DNA of 63,697 bases, the filler included, from Neolecta irregularis DAH-3 (taxonomy: Eukaryota): the NCBI GenBank assembly GCA_001929475.1. It is 10 parts of 10 records of this genome, joined end to end, with 100 filler letters (N's around TTAATTAATTAA, not from the genome) between each part and the next. Parts side by side here need not be neighbours in the genome. Positions count along the whole stretch, not along the records: positions 1 to 14,868 come from LXFE01003285.1; 9 more parts are not named here. One strand, 5' to 3'. The notes under the pieces were generated by a model. It had not been told where the DNA came from and did no database searches. It worked only from the letters and a program-made list of their open reading frames with translations. Within the stretch, counting starts at the first letter, position 1; every line of letters begins with the position of its first letter. A program made the translations under genes and the position numbers. Of this stretch, positions 1 to 13,574 are shown in pieces.

Positions 1-1324
1 GACAACATCCTCAGAGATAAGGTCATACTCATAATATGCCATGAGTATTTTGGGAACAGCTGGAATAAGTTGAGGATAGTCCAAACCAACAAGTCGCTCA
101 GTCCCGCCTAGGAGAGCTTTCTGATGTTTTTCGGAAGTGATCATCTGTAAAGTTAGCTTATGCACGGCTGAATATACTGACTTTTTTCAATAACGGAGCC
201 TTGGGTCCGATTTGCTTGAGAATATTCTCATCAAACAAAGTCTGCGCAAGAACTTGCATCGTTCGATGTCGAGTCTCGATACCCAGTTCCGTGGCTTTCT
301 TGTAAACCTCTACGTCATTGACATTCTCTTTATTCTCTACAATCCAGTGTCCAAACTGAGAAAATGAATTATCTCCAGTCTCGTCTTCGCCATCTTCGTC
401 ATCATCACCGAATGCAGCCTTGGTAGCACCCCCTTCGAGAGCCTTTGTTCGAGCCTTGACGGCATCGGCAGAAAGATCGACGGCCCAGTCAACTAATTTA
501 TCTTGGTCTTCAATCTTGAGATCGGCTGTACTTTCTTGAATCTCTCGCGTAAATTCGTCATCACTTCCAGCGGGAATGCCTTCTTCTTCAGCACTAGCAT
601 CATCGGATCCGGCAAGTTCGACACCGTCTTCCCTGTCGGCGCCGTTCCTTTTGGGTTTCTTGGTTTTTCTCTCTTTTTCAGGAGGATTTTTCAGAATGGC
701 ACCATAAAGTTTATGACGAGGGTCTAGATGGGTTCGACTCCCACAAGCTTTACAGTCTCGAACAATAGATTTGTCTTTGGTAATAATCTTTTCGTCATTA
801 GCATAGGCAACGGGTTGTCAAACACACAAATTCCGTTTCCGGATTTTTGCAATCACCACAGAGAACAAACTTGGCAATAAAAACATCCAGAAGATCCTGA
901 AGCTTGCCAGCATCGTGTGCTCCATTGACAATATATCGATCGCTCTCAGCATTGGTGGAAGTTTGCGCGCCAAGTTCGAATCCGAAAAATTTCGTTACAT
1001 CTTTTGCATCAGTACTGTCATCAAATAACGGTCTTACAGATCGGAGATCGACAGAGGGATCTGCTTACTTCAGACATATTGGGAATAACGGTCTTGATTC
1101 CGTTTCCCTTACCCTCGATCTATGTTGTCATGAGTATACGTAGCGTAAAAGGTGGAACCTTTGATTGAATACGAGGCATCTTGTATCGGTAAAAGGTGTC
1201 ATTGACATCTCGTCGAATGTCTTGGAGACATTAGATTAATCTCACCCAAGTCTAAGGTAACATACTAAGTAAGCTCTGCATCAAGTTAGCCAGTCTGATT
1301 AAGCGGAACAAGACATACACCCAT
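1..1324 (-). CDS. TIF5: Translation initiation factor eIF5 (multi-exon; 3' end runs off the window)
   Basis: Spliced minus-strand reading gives [83 protein letters not shown], the eIF5 N-terminal zinc-finger domain, followed by an acidic W2-like region. Confidence 0.93.
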
Positions 1325-3017
1325 ATTTAGTAGCGTTGGATTTTGTTTTGATATTTATTGATGAATCGATTATCGAGTAGAAGAGTGTTTTAGAGACGAA
1401 AGCATAAACAGAGCAGTTTGTTTTAGCAGGGGCTACTCCTAGAAGAGGCTTTGCGATGTTTCGAGCGTATGTGCTGATTTCTTCTTTTTGAAAAATTTGG
1501 GGGAAAATGCATGTACTAGCTGTCGATATTCTTTATGGCGGTGTATTTGTGCTTCAGATTACGAACAGCAGTGGGTTACTTGGATTGTATGCAGTTGTAA
1601 GCACAGAAGATGGGAAGAGAAACGGAGGTTGCAATATTTTGGGCGCGCCTTATATCTGTTGCAGATGGGATCAGTGTAAATTATCCTTAATTGTTCTCAT
1701 TAAGGAAGCGAATCAGCCTAATTGATGGGATTTCTCTACATTTCTCTTTTCGGGCGGGTTGAACGACATTAGACGCAGCTTGGTAGTCGTTCTGTACAGC
1801 AAGGGGTTTTATTTATTGCTTGGCTAAGAATGTCAAAACAGTCTGACAATTCTTAATCAGCCTCGCCAAACAAGGAGGAAATCGAGGATAGTGCCATCCG
1901 TTCTATATAGCAGGTGTTCTTGCATTGTACAGTCCACCGCAACAGCCGATAACCTAGATCTGAGTGCTGAGACCCGAAAGCAGGCTCAGTATGAAATTTA
2001 TACACTAGCGAGACCACAGAATTGCAAATGCATTTATATACATAGGCGAAGCTTCTATAGCGTAAGGCTCAGACACGTGGCACTCGGTCTCCAAGTTACA
2101 TAAAACCTCCTTTAATAAAGAAATCAAGGGGTTTCACGAGAACATCGTAACAGCGAGTGATTAGTTCCAAAGACAGTTCCACGTTCAACAATGCACCGTG
2201 TCAGGCGATATGTTTTCACGACGAACACTAGAACTTCCATCACCGATCAGCAGATTCATTTTTGACAATATTTGGCTCTGGGTGTTGATAAGATTGCAGT
2301 CCTGATTCGTAGTTCTTAAACGAGGCCTGTGTGAGTTTGGAGAGGCGACATGTTGCACTAGCAGAGGAGCCAGTTGAGACAGGATGCATTCAAGCGCAGG
2401 GGCCGTGTGCTAGAACGCATTGTGATGGATGCAACATGCAGTTGTGTGAAATTTGATGTATAGTTGAACTATTCTATATGGACCGGGAAACTGCGTCCGA
2501 GCGCTATAACTACGAAGGCAGATATAATCATAAGGAAAGCTAGTGCTGCTGGTGAAACTGGATAGGCGGTCAACTATTCTAATTCGACCCAAGATATGGT
2601 GTCCGGATTCTATAAATATGAAGGGAACAACCCTGCATGGAGGGATACTGAGATGTTGATTACACAAAGGGTGCGGCACGAGTGGCGGCCGATATCGGGA
2701 TGGATTTTAGTTTTGCACCCCAACAGAAAACCGCAGATCAACATTTCTGGGAAATCGAGGGCCTAGTCTAGCCAATTGAGCAAGTCGGAGAGAAAGTTCT
2801 GTGTGGAAAAAAGTTCCAGAATCACGAAGGAACCCCTAAAACCGCGAAGAGATTTACTATTATTCACAGACGAATGTAAGTATGATTTACAAGACAACTA
2901 CCGCCAGCTTGTATCTGGAATAGGCGTGACGTATGGCCCACTTGGTCTCTGGCCACTTTTGGGATCGTAAAGTTGGGAGACGCGTCCATTATGGCAGACT
3001 TGGCAAAACAGACGAAT

Positions 3018-3438
3018 TTAGCCGTCGTTCTGCTTGAGGGAGCTGTAGTAAAACATCTTTTTGAGGCCGGAGGAGGCTGAGAGGGCAGCGATTGGGTAGC
3101 TCCACTGCTTTTCGTAGGAGGGCGGCGGGCGGGTCCTGGGGACTGCGGGAGACAAGGGAACGACGAGGGCGGGGCTCTTTGGGCTTTTTGGCGCATAGGC
3201 ACTGGTGACGAGGCAGGGCAGTGCACCGGAGGAGCGGTCTCTGGACGGCGGCGAGCCCGAGTCTGAGTCCGTGTAGGCGCGGGAATAGGCGGGCGCATCT
3301 TGGCTGCGACAAGTCTCTGAGCAGTAGAGCACGGAGCAGTTTGGAATAAAGATCTGGCGGTCGCAGACTGCGCTGGGCGGGTTAGCAGGCATAGAGCAGC
3401 AGCGGATACCAGAACTGCAAGAAGGAGGGCTGAGCCAT
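3018..3438 (-). CDS. ecl1: Ecl1-family (extender of chronological lifespan) zinc-binding protein, 1 intron
   Basis: Spliced MAQPSFLQFC|AVCDRQIFIPNCSVLYCSETCRSQD matches the Ecl1 CxxC...LYCSxxCxxxD motif; the GTATCC..GCTAAC..CAG intron is visible. Confidence 0.8.
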
Positions 3439-3563
3439 AGCATACACAGATGCGAGGGTGGTGGTTAAATAGCGATTCCAACAGCGAGCGGTGCGATAAG
3501 GGCTGATAACAACCCGCAGCCGGAAGCGAGACCAGCCCTATCACAACAAAGTACTTATCCGGC

Positions 3564-4854
3564 CTAAAATGGGCCCGGCACTCCCCCAGCCCTCCTGCCG
3601 TCCACAAAAATGCAAAACGCCAGGCTGTATGCAACCTGCCCTTGCAGAATGCCGCGAATTGTGCGGTACTCACTTAGCGAATGGTAGCCAATGCCAGACA
3701 TCGGATCGCGGTATCGAGCCTCCCGTCCGCTAATAGGACAAACGTTGCGTTTAACTTCTGGCACAAATTAGCTCGACATCCAGCCCAGCGGGCCACAATA
3801 CTCGTCGGTTTGGATGTCGTGTCAAACAAAACTTGCTTGACAGTCGAGGGATCCCGCAGAAATGCAGGGTCAAAGTTGTCCAGGATCACCGTGCTGCGCT
3901 CGTAAAGGTCATGCCACTGCTCCTGCTCCTCTCTTTCAGAAACACCTCCCATTCGATTTTCGCCAGCTGCCACTTGCTCTTCCGTGCCACCCCCGGCCAG
4001 AGTATCCTCGTGAGCTGGCGGCATAGGTGTGTACTCGGTGATTTTCGACGACTTCCACGATATAATCGGCTCGTCAATTACCCGTTTCTTGGACAGGATG
4101 GCATCCCGGTCCTGCTTCCGCATCGCCTCGAGCTCAACGATCCGCTTCAGCGAGGCCACATTTTTCCTCTCGGTTACAACAGCCTGTGCTAGTCGCTCTT
4201 TTTGTGTCATTTTCTTTTCAATGACTCGTTCCGGGATAACCATTTTAGACTGTAGGGTAAGAATATGCTTCATTCTCGCATACCCGGCGCTCCCTGTTTC
4301 TCTTCAGCTTCTCATCCAGCACTTCTGCATTTTGGACTGTGGCTCCCCTCGAGCTCCGACGTCGATTCGCACGGTCCTGTACTTGATGCACCCGGAGACT
4401 TGCTTTGATCTGTGGCCTTGCTTCGTCCACTTGCTTCGATCCTGCTGCTGCTCGCGGTCTCACAACAAATTCCACAGCTTTCCGTTTTTTCGCCTTTTGT
4501 GCTTCTTTGACTTCCTGAGCCAGCTTGCGCTCGCCTTCATCTTCTGCCACTTCATCATCCTCTGCATCATCGAAATCTGATTCTACTTCGTCTTTAAATT
4601 CATCTACCTTGTCAATAGATAGAAACTCTGCTACGTAGTATAATACCCACACCAGCGAATTCTCGGTCATTTTCATCCTCCTGAAAGATCTCTTCCACTT
4701 CGAGCTGCTGACTGAGTATATCATGCAAGCGATTCCCAGCCGTCGACCGCCTCTGACGTCCGTGCACAAGGGCTTCAGGGAGTTTGATATCTGTTTCTTG
4801 CAAATTGGTTTCTGAATCTGAATCTGGGTCTATTTCCATCTCATCACCGCTCAT
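3564..4854 (-). CDS. VPS72: Vps72/Swc2/YL1 subunit of the SWR1 complex (multi-exon)
   Basis: N-terminal RQRRSTAGNRL, central MTQKERLAQAVVTERKNVASL, C-terminal YL1_C motif CPISGREARYRDPMSGIGY. Confidence 0.88.
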
Positions 4855-5250
4855 ATGGACCCTATGTGTTGTAGACGAGCTTGTAACTTGAATGATCTAT
4901 GGAATGTATGTAAATGAGAAAGGAGTTGGTTGATTTGTCGATCAAGTCGTGCCCCTACTACCAGGCGTGAGTCCCCAAAATCATTCAAAAGTCTCCACCA
5001 ACCCACTCTCCCCGTAGCCTTCCTGTTTTCCACCGTGCCGCCTCTTGGACAGATCTCGTCCTGCTGTTCTTGTTTAATTCCTGTCCAATTCCCTGTTACG
5101 GTTCCGTTTAATCTGATTTCAGGAGAAGCATTTCGTACTGGTGCTCCACCCCTTTTTCTCCCAGATCTAACTTTACTAGTCGTCGAGAATACGTATATCC
5201 TCGCCAGAAGGGTTTCAATCTTCAGCCATACAAACTTGAGTTAATCAGTA

Positions 5251-8200
5251 ATGAACAGTGACCGTGCCACTTCTTCAATTGCGCCAGAGACCTCCATCAG
5301 CGCCTCGAGTCAAGCTCACCAGCCCCAAATTCACCAGACCCCGCGAAAGGATCTTACCCCCATCAGTGCTGAGCGAGACAACGGAGCAGGCCCTCCACTA
5401 AATGAATCTAGATTCGTTCCTGTAAAGAGGTATGCGTGTCATGAAGCAAGGAGCCTATGCTGACGTGTTGCCACAGCAGAGCAAGAGAACTTCAGCATCA
5501 AGAAGGTGTCTTTTGGAGCCCTCAGACCACCATCGACAAGAACATTTCGTCCCTCTCGCGAGAGATCTCCAATCTCCGTGTTAGTGATTCGAGTCCAGAC
5601 GGATCCTCAAGAATGTCCGTCTCCAGCCGCATCAACCGATCCCGGGCCGGAACGCTGCCTTCAAAGTTTCCTTCTCTCTCGTCTGGTAGCAGCACTCCAG
5701 TCACTTCTGCTCGACAGACGCCCTTGCAGACTCCCATCGACGGAATCGCCGAAGAGTCAGAACAAAGCACAACCGGCACCCGGCACCGATCCGGATCGCT
5801 GCACCTTCCAGGAAAGCAGTCTTATACAGCCAATGGCCCGTTTGGACCGCAGCTCTTCTTTGCCAATCGCTACAATGACCGCTCCAACCTGCCGTCCTCG
5901 CCTGCTCAGTCAAACTTCTCAAAGGACGACGAACACACACCCATGCGTCTCCTCAACTACCTGGGCATTGGAGAGACTCCTACGCCGCCCCGAGCGGTTT
6001 TGCACAACGAATCCACCGGGGCAAAGGTCACTTTCCAGGAACCAGCCGGCATCATCGCAGCATCGACAAACCAGCCCCGCCAAATTTCTCGATTCAGATC
6101 ATATTCCACCTCTGCAAAAGAGAATTACGAAGACGACTATGGATATGAAAACAATTATCACAATAACTTTAATCTTGCCGGTGGGTACGGTCCCTCGCGC
6201 ATGCGTTCCCGTACTGTAGGAGTATTAGATTCTCCACCGGCTCAACGAAAAGAATACGGAATGCGGTCTGCGGTAGATGGACAAGCTCAGTCCTCGGATA
6301 TGCAGATTAATGGTACACCCACTCAATATGGGTACGAAGTTCAGGTTTGACTTTCCTTCTTGTCGAGCTACTAAAGATTAGCCGGCCGTCATTTCTCATA
6401 TAATGGCCTCAAATCACGACATTTACAACGGTGATGAATTTTCGGACAATACAACGCCAACTCGAGCCCTTTGGCTCGGCAATATCCCGGCGTCCACGAC
6501 TCCATCGACTTTAACAGTTATGTTTAGTGCATACGGCAAAATCGAATCCGCGCGTGTCTTGACACATAAAAACTGCGGCTTCATCAATTATATGCATTTA
6601 GAATCAGCCATAAATGCAAGAAATCAATGTCAAAACAGAGAGATATTCCCCGGAAGCGGGCCAATTAAAATTGGTTACGCCAAGGTAAATTTTATTCTCA
6701 GAAAAGAGCTAAGTATAAGGAACCTCCAGCTGTGCAACAGTCATCTGCCATTCTAGCTCAATATACCGCAGATAATGACGACGAAAATGATGATTCTGGA
6801 TCTGTCTCGGCTGCTGATATGATTCCTGAAGTTCAAAAAATAGTCGAGCAACTCGGTGCTACCGGGGAAGAAATATCGGATATTATTGAAATGCTTCGAG
6901 GTGAACGAACATATATCAAGGATATCCCACCTACCGTCGATCCATCTCCATCTCGAATCTTTGACGCTGCTCGTCTTCGTGATTTACGAAAGCGCATTGA
7001 TAATGAGAGTCTGATGCCCCATGAGCTGGACAGTATCGCACATGAAATGCTTCCTGAAGTCGCCGAGTTATCCAGTGATTATCTCGGCAATACTGTCGTA
7101 CAAAAACTGTTTGAGAAATGTGAACAATCGACCAAGGTGCAAATGTTGAAAGAGATTTCTCCTCATCTTGCATCCATTGGTATCCGTATGTATTTCCAAT
7201 ACGTTCTCTTCTTTGACCATCAAGATAAGAATGGTACCTGGGCTGCCCAAAAGATTCTTGCGGTTGCAGATGATGACGAGCAGATCGAAATGGCAGTGCA
7301 GGGAATTCAGCCATTTGCTCCCACCCTTTTTCTCGACCAGTTTGGTAATTATGTCGTCCAGTGTTGTCTTCGCTTCAGAACACCTTGGAATAATTTCATC
7401 TTCCAGGCAATGGTTGATAAACTCGGAGAAATCGCTTCCGGTAGGTTTGGCGCTAGAGCTACAAGAGCCTGTCTAGAGAGTCAAGACGCAAGCAAGGCAC
7501 AGCAAGTATGTCTGACCTTTTTAAATGGTACTGACCATCACTAGTATCTACTTGCTGCCGCAATTACTCTGAACGGCGTCAAACTTGCGACAAACGGTAA
7601 TGGTGCCCTATTATTAACATGGTTGCTCGACACGTGCACGTTCTCGAATCGATACAGAGTTTTAGCTCCTCGACTTGCGTCTCATCTTGTTAATTTGTGT
7701 ACGCACAAATTAGCCTCCCTTACGGTTCTCAAAGTCGTTAATCAAAAGCATGAAGCAGATGCTCGAGAAGTTATCCTAAACGGACTCTTTTCTCCAGAAA
7801 AAAGTGAGGATCTCGAAATGATTCTATCAGATCCTAGTCAAGGACCTTCTGTGATCTTCAAGATCTTGACAACACCGTTTTTAGAAGGAGAATGGCGAAA
7901 GCGAATTGTTTCTGTTGTTCGTACGATTGCTCCTACAATCAAATCACAGTCGTCTCAGCAACTTCGCAGATTGTTGGAAGAAGTTGGTCTTTCCATTCGA
8001 GGCGCCACGGCTAGAGTTCAATTCGAGCAAAACCATCGACCATACCAGAGTCCCCCTCAAGTAACGGCACCCCGAGATTTCACTCCATCATCTGTTAACC
8101 CTGCTATGTTTTACGGAAACCAGATGGCTGGACCTTCTCGAGATATGCATGAGATGAACGGGAATGCTCCCCAACAGATGTTTTCATCAATGCAAGATCC

Positions 8201-8441
8201 AGGTCAGCTCGCGATGCTGCGCGCCATGCAATATCAGCAAATGAATGGGCTTAATCCATATATGCAACAGCAGATGTCATCGTATGGTGGCCAAAATCAC
8301 CAATTCGCGGTGCAAATGTCATCAAATATGAACAATCCAAATCCAAACGCTCCCACTTTTCAGCCTATGTATTCACAATCCCAGCATCCTATCTTCGCTT
8401 CCGCTCCGATTCATGAGCAGGACCGACGACAGGCACGATAA
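5251..8441 (+). CDS. PUF2: Puf1/Puf2 (Jsn1)-type RNA-binding protein with RRM and Pumilio repeats (multi-exon)
   Basis: RRM (TRALWLGNIP..ARVLTHKNCGFINY), Pumilio repeats (SSDYLGNTVVQKL, KNGTWAAQK, DQFGNYVVQCCL) and a Q/M-rich tail. Confidence 0.88.
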
Positions 8442-9156
8442 ATGTAAGGAACAAGTGCCGATTAACTCTTTGAGGTTTTTTTATTTCTTGTTTTTTTTAT
8501 CTATTATCAACATCGTCCATGATTTCTCTCTGCTTCTTCAAAAGGCTTGAATTTAGAGACGTGGGGGAGTAAATACTATAATCATTAAGGCTATCGAGAC
8601 AAAAAAGTGTAGTGTGATTTTGTGGGACCGGAAAGCTGGACAGAAATTTGGGGTTTCGCAGTTGTTTTGGTTTTGTTTTTTGTCTCATCTTTTTTTTCAT
8701 TTCCTTTTTTATCTAGTTTTGTCTTGTCTTTTTGTCTATTTCATAGTACTTTTATCCAATGTTGTGCGAGTAACTGGTTCATTCAATGAACTGAAATCAG
8801 TCATTCCATAAAGAATATTAGAATTGTCTACTCTACTTCAATCACGTAACATTTCGTATAGCACGTCTTTGTAAAATGTTTTGATCTCGGGGATTGGAGG
8901 TACAGAAACTTAACAGCTGAGGGCTATACATTTTGATGTGGCGATTGAAAAATATTGGAAATCGATCACAAATGTATTGTGTATGAAGGCCACTATTTGA
9001 ATGAAGCATTCTACTTTGAAAATATCAAGGATCTTTCTGCTGTGAATGATAACATGGCCGCATGTAAACAAGGTGTATATGTAAAAACTCTATTGGTAGA
9101 TCTCAATGGACAACACCCCATCCAGTCCCCTATTTTGAATCCATAAATAGCCGCAT

Positions 9157-10423
9157 TTATTTCTTTACCCAGGTTGAGGGTTCGAGAAATCCAAGACGTC
9201 GCATCCATTCGTCATCAAGAAACTTTGTCATGTAGTTTCTAACCGAATCGGGGAGGATTACAACTATGATGTGAGTGAGAGTGGGGAGGAAGTATGGAAT
9301 ACCGCAGACTTGGCCTTTCTTGAGTTTCTTTGCAGCTTGCATTGCACCGGCCATAGCACTCCCAGAACTACCTCCAACAAGAAGACCCTCTTCGCGGATG
9401 AGACGTCTGGACATATTAAATGATTCCTTATCGCCAATTTTAATCCACGAGTCCACTGATGATCGATCTAGGACGCCTTTGACAGCTTAGTATTATTTCA
9501 TACCAAAATGATATACCAGGAACAAAATCATAGCCAATGCCTTCGACATGATACGTACTTGCTCCACTAGAATTCAGCTCATCAGGCTGCGCTAGAATCG
9601 AGCCATAAGGATCAACGCCTACGACCTGACCGTTAATAAAAGAGTTGCAACTCGCGATATACCTCCAAACCGGGTACTTTAGCCTTCAACGCCCGAGAAA
9701 TGCCTGTGATAGTCCCTCCTGTTCCAGCACCGGCCACTAACATATCAATCTTTCCGTCTGTCTGATCCAAAATTTCTTGTCCGGTACCGAGCTCATGCGC
9801 CAGAGGATTATTCTTGTTTACATATTGATCCAAGACAATAGCACCGGGAATTTCCTTCTCTAGCCTTCTTGCGACCCCTATATGGCTCTCTGGGCTATCC
9901 CAAGCAGCTTCCGTTGGAGTTCGAATAATTTCAGCCCCAAGAGCTTTCAATATGAAAACTTTCTCAGAGGACATTTTCTCTGGCATGACAATGATTGTAC
10001 GATACCCTTTTACTGCAGCAACCAATGCTAACCCAATACCGGTATTTCCAGAAGTAGGCTCAATAATTGTTGAATCCTTGTCGATGATACCTTTTGCTTC
10101 GGCATCTTCAAACATGCGCTTCGCTATTCGATCCTTTACGCTTCCTCCGGCGTTGAAATATTCGCACTTGACCAAGACATCGCATTCAATTCCTAAGGAT
10201 TGTGGTATCCTATTCAGCCTGACGAGGGGCGTGTTCCCAATGTTTTCCAGAATATTGTTCAAGATTTTTGGTTTGGAAGATCTGTTTCATTTGGTATCAG
10301 CTTGATATAGTCCACATGATGGTTTCCTCACAGTTTTTCGTCATTAAATTCCTCTCTCGGGACCTGCTTATGGGTCTCGCAATGAAAGCCATTGGAAGCA
10401 GCTGACAGAGTATTATGCACCAT
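9157..10423 (-). CDS. CYS4: Cystathionine beta-synthase, catalytic domain only (multi-exon)
   Basis: [16 protein letters not shown] (PLP lysine), [51 protein letters not shown]; the stop follows about 13 aa later. Confidence 0.88.
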
Positions 10424-10647
10424 TTTTGAGGGAGAACGGGGTTGTCTGGTCGACACCTTAACCTTAAACACATGATCTGACACTGCCCTCGAACGGATAC
10501 TAGAACACCAACCTCACTTCATCAATACCACCATCCATCGTGTGTCTCTTTGGGTAAATATCGTCTTAGTTTTCGAAAAAGGTTTGGCGATTGGATGGTT
10601 CAGGCGGAACTACAATACCAAAATTGTGCCTGTCCGAGGTGTCAAAC

Positions 10648-12881
10648 ATGTCGCTTCTCCAGAATCCAGAGTATGTCTCTAATCAGTATGATGACTTATA
10701 TCAACCAGCTTCGTGATTCATCGTCTCAGGACAAGATACCTTCACCGTGCGACAGACGGGGCATCACAGCGGGTTATAACCATCACCCCAATATCTTCCC
10801 ATCGAGCAATCTACAAGTCTGCCGGGTGGCAATTTGCAGACATTAAACGGTCATATTCACCGCCAATTACTATTGATGGAACTGGTGTCGATATCGAGTA
10901 CCATCACTATAACAAAAGCGCTGCACATACCCCTACTACTGAAGGAGAAGTTCGATTTGATCTGCCAAAGACTACTTCTTCCGAACAAAAGTCCATTAAC
11001 GAGAATTCAGATGGCAGCGATGATGACTCTGAATTAGAGGATGAAATCGCGCAGTATCCATCTCTTATGAATAACAAACTCATCATGATTAGAGCCACTG
11101 GAGAGCTCATGTTTGCTAAAGTACCCGTTCGACCTCGGGGAGATAGTGGATCCAAAAGAAAAGCCCATGAAACTGGTACTAGCATTTCTAGACCAGCTGC
11201 ACTTAAAGCTCTGGATCGGGAAATTCAAAGGATCCGAGATGATTGTAGTCAAATGGGATCAACTTCAAGCACTATTACATATCGACTTCAAAATTCACCA
11301 ACGAGCTCTTCACTCAAGGGAAGCTCAAGTATGATGTTTCACGAGTTTGATAGTACAAGTTCAATTGATCCAAATGATAAAAGCACCACTATCGGATTTA
11401 AACCTCCCACCTTTGAGAAATTGGCAGCAACATCAACCCCGTTAGTTCCTGACCAAGAACCAATATCCGCATTGACTCTCATGATCCAGGAGAAGAACAA
11501 AACACAGGAGAATCCACTCGTTGAACAATATGCCAAATTTTCGGGCAAAGGCGAGGCACGACCACTTACACTTCGGATCTATCGCCCGACGAGCAAACAA
11601 CCAAACACATCGTTTGAAGTTATCCTCAAGCGAGATGCCACCGTCGCCGAAGCTATTGGTTTCAGCTTGTTGAGATATCGGGAAGAACAGAGGGAACCGG
11701 CTCTGGAGAACGCTCTCTGCGATGCAAATAAGTGGACTTTGCGAATTGTGGAGGATGATGGAGAGATTGATGTCGACTTTCCCGGTAATTATTCAAATGA
11801 TTTCGTTTAAACACTGATTGAATAGCCCTTGACAGAACAAGAGGTATCTCAAAGTACAGCTTCGACGAGTTCGCTCTAGTTGAAGCTACCTCTGCCCAAG
11901 GCAATCTCCGTCCTTGGTAATATAACTAACCTCTCAGTCGAAGAGAACGAGTTACTCACACCCCGTCTCAAATCTTCTGAGCGTTCTTTCGAGACTCAGA
12001 GTCTCATGGTTCAGCCTGCAACAACGATTACTTTATCCCCTGCTTCATCTGCAGTTCAGCCTCGAAAGGCGGGAAAGCCGACCGACTCAATATCACAACT
12101 TCTTCGTATCCATTTCAATGCAACAACACCGCTTGCAGCACAGACGACGACCATGAACGTCATCGCTGAAACGTATTTGGCTGATGTTCTTGATCAAGTC
12201 TGCAAGAAGAAACAGCTTGATAAAGCTTTGTATGCATTACGTATATTGGGCACGAATATCATTGCCCCCATTGATCGCACCGTACAGAGTTTACAAGGAA
12301 AGTTAGAACTGGAATTGGTCAAGAAAGACCGGCAGTTTGGAGGGAGCAGTATAAATCCTCATAGTATGCTGCAAATCTTGATCTGATGCTGATGGTAAGC
12401 ACCAATTGGAATTGAAGAGAAGTCCATGCGAATCGTTCCTATGGATTTTATCACGAACACCTCATACCAGAAATGGACTGTCTGGAGGAGAGGTCACTTT
12501 ATGGGGTTCGTCTCCTGAAAAAAACCTGTTTTTAATGGCATAGGCGGCATGAACGTACTTTGGCTATTGACGGTGACTATATACACATCATGCCGCCGGA
12601 TCAAAAGACTATGTTTGAAGCTCCAAAGACGGTAAGTTATTATACTGAGCTTTGTATTCAACAATATAGTCGAGTATATTTATCGGCAGCATCATTCAAT
12701 GTAAACAATCTCGCAAAATACCCTCCAATTTTAAGGCATGCATCTAAGTTCTATATAGCATTCCTAATTCCAGATTATTGTTCTCAAAGCCAGAGAGACA
12801 AAACGTTATGATTTCGAAAGCTACGAAGCAGCTGAGATCGCCACGAAAGTTCGGGCTTTGAGACGAAATTTTCCATCGTAG
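10648..12881 (+). CDS. sin1: TORC2 subunit Sin1/Avo1 (multi-exon)
   Basis: N-terminal MSLLQNP..IHRLRTRYL, CRIM domain (ATVAEAIGFSL..WTLRIVEDDGEIDVDFP), PH domain (YQKWTVWRR..HERTLAIDGDYIHIMP). Confidence 0.9.
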
Positions 12882-13574
12882 CGTCCATTTTATCATTTAA
12901 CATATCTGGAAGGGCGGAAGAAGGGGCGTTGGTCGGCCATTCTGCTTTTTGACATATTTATGCACGATTCATATTTGGCATAGCGTCTCAATATTTGTTT
13001 TTCTCGTTTCGTCTTGAGCTTTCCAATGGTGTATTTAGATATGTTTTTTTTCAACCCTCTGATCGCTAGGTAGTATAAGCAAATAACCCTAGGGCCTCAT
13101 GGAAACTGGGCCTGAATGTAGCAATTGCTGCCAATCGTATATATGAAGGCGCGAGGTCGTCCGAACGGCGAAATATGCTTGTTGCCTACCATTCTCTCTC
13201 GCTTGTAAACAGTAGGTTTGCACGCGAACAGACCTAAATCTTTTGATGGCAAGGCAAATGTTAGCAAGGAATGTTATTGACTATGTATATAATGGACAAG
13301 ACCAGCTCATCTTTACGCCGGTGGTCTCTCCCTCAATAAAGTTTGGTTCATAATTGCCTATCGTCACACAAGATCTCGTGTCCGGATACCTTTACAATAT
13401 CTATTTACACTTGTGCTGTATTTCACTGCCTTACCTTCTCTTTGGGTTTATATTTTTTCATATCAGTTAATCGATGTGCACAAGGACATCTCTAAGCCGT
13501 CCAAAAGTTTATGGATAATCAAATAAGTTCCAAGATAGATATTTGGATGAGTTGTGAGGAAATTTGACGTAGAC

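Noticed and set aside
728-745. GGTTCGACTCCC resembling a tRNA T-loop
   Set aside because: Lies within an eIF5 coding exon on the opposite strand; no cloverleaf.
2864-3673. Long alternative-frame ORFs in GC-rich zones (also 25592-26389, 48964-49560, 55158-56751)
   Set aside because: Shadow ORFs caused by stop-codon scarcity; most overlap real genes and none shows a recognisable domain.
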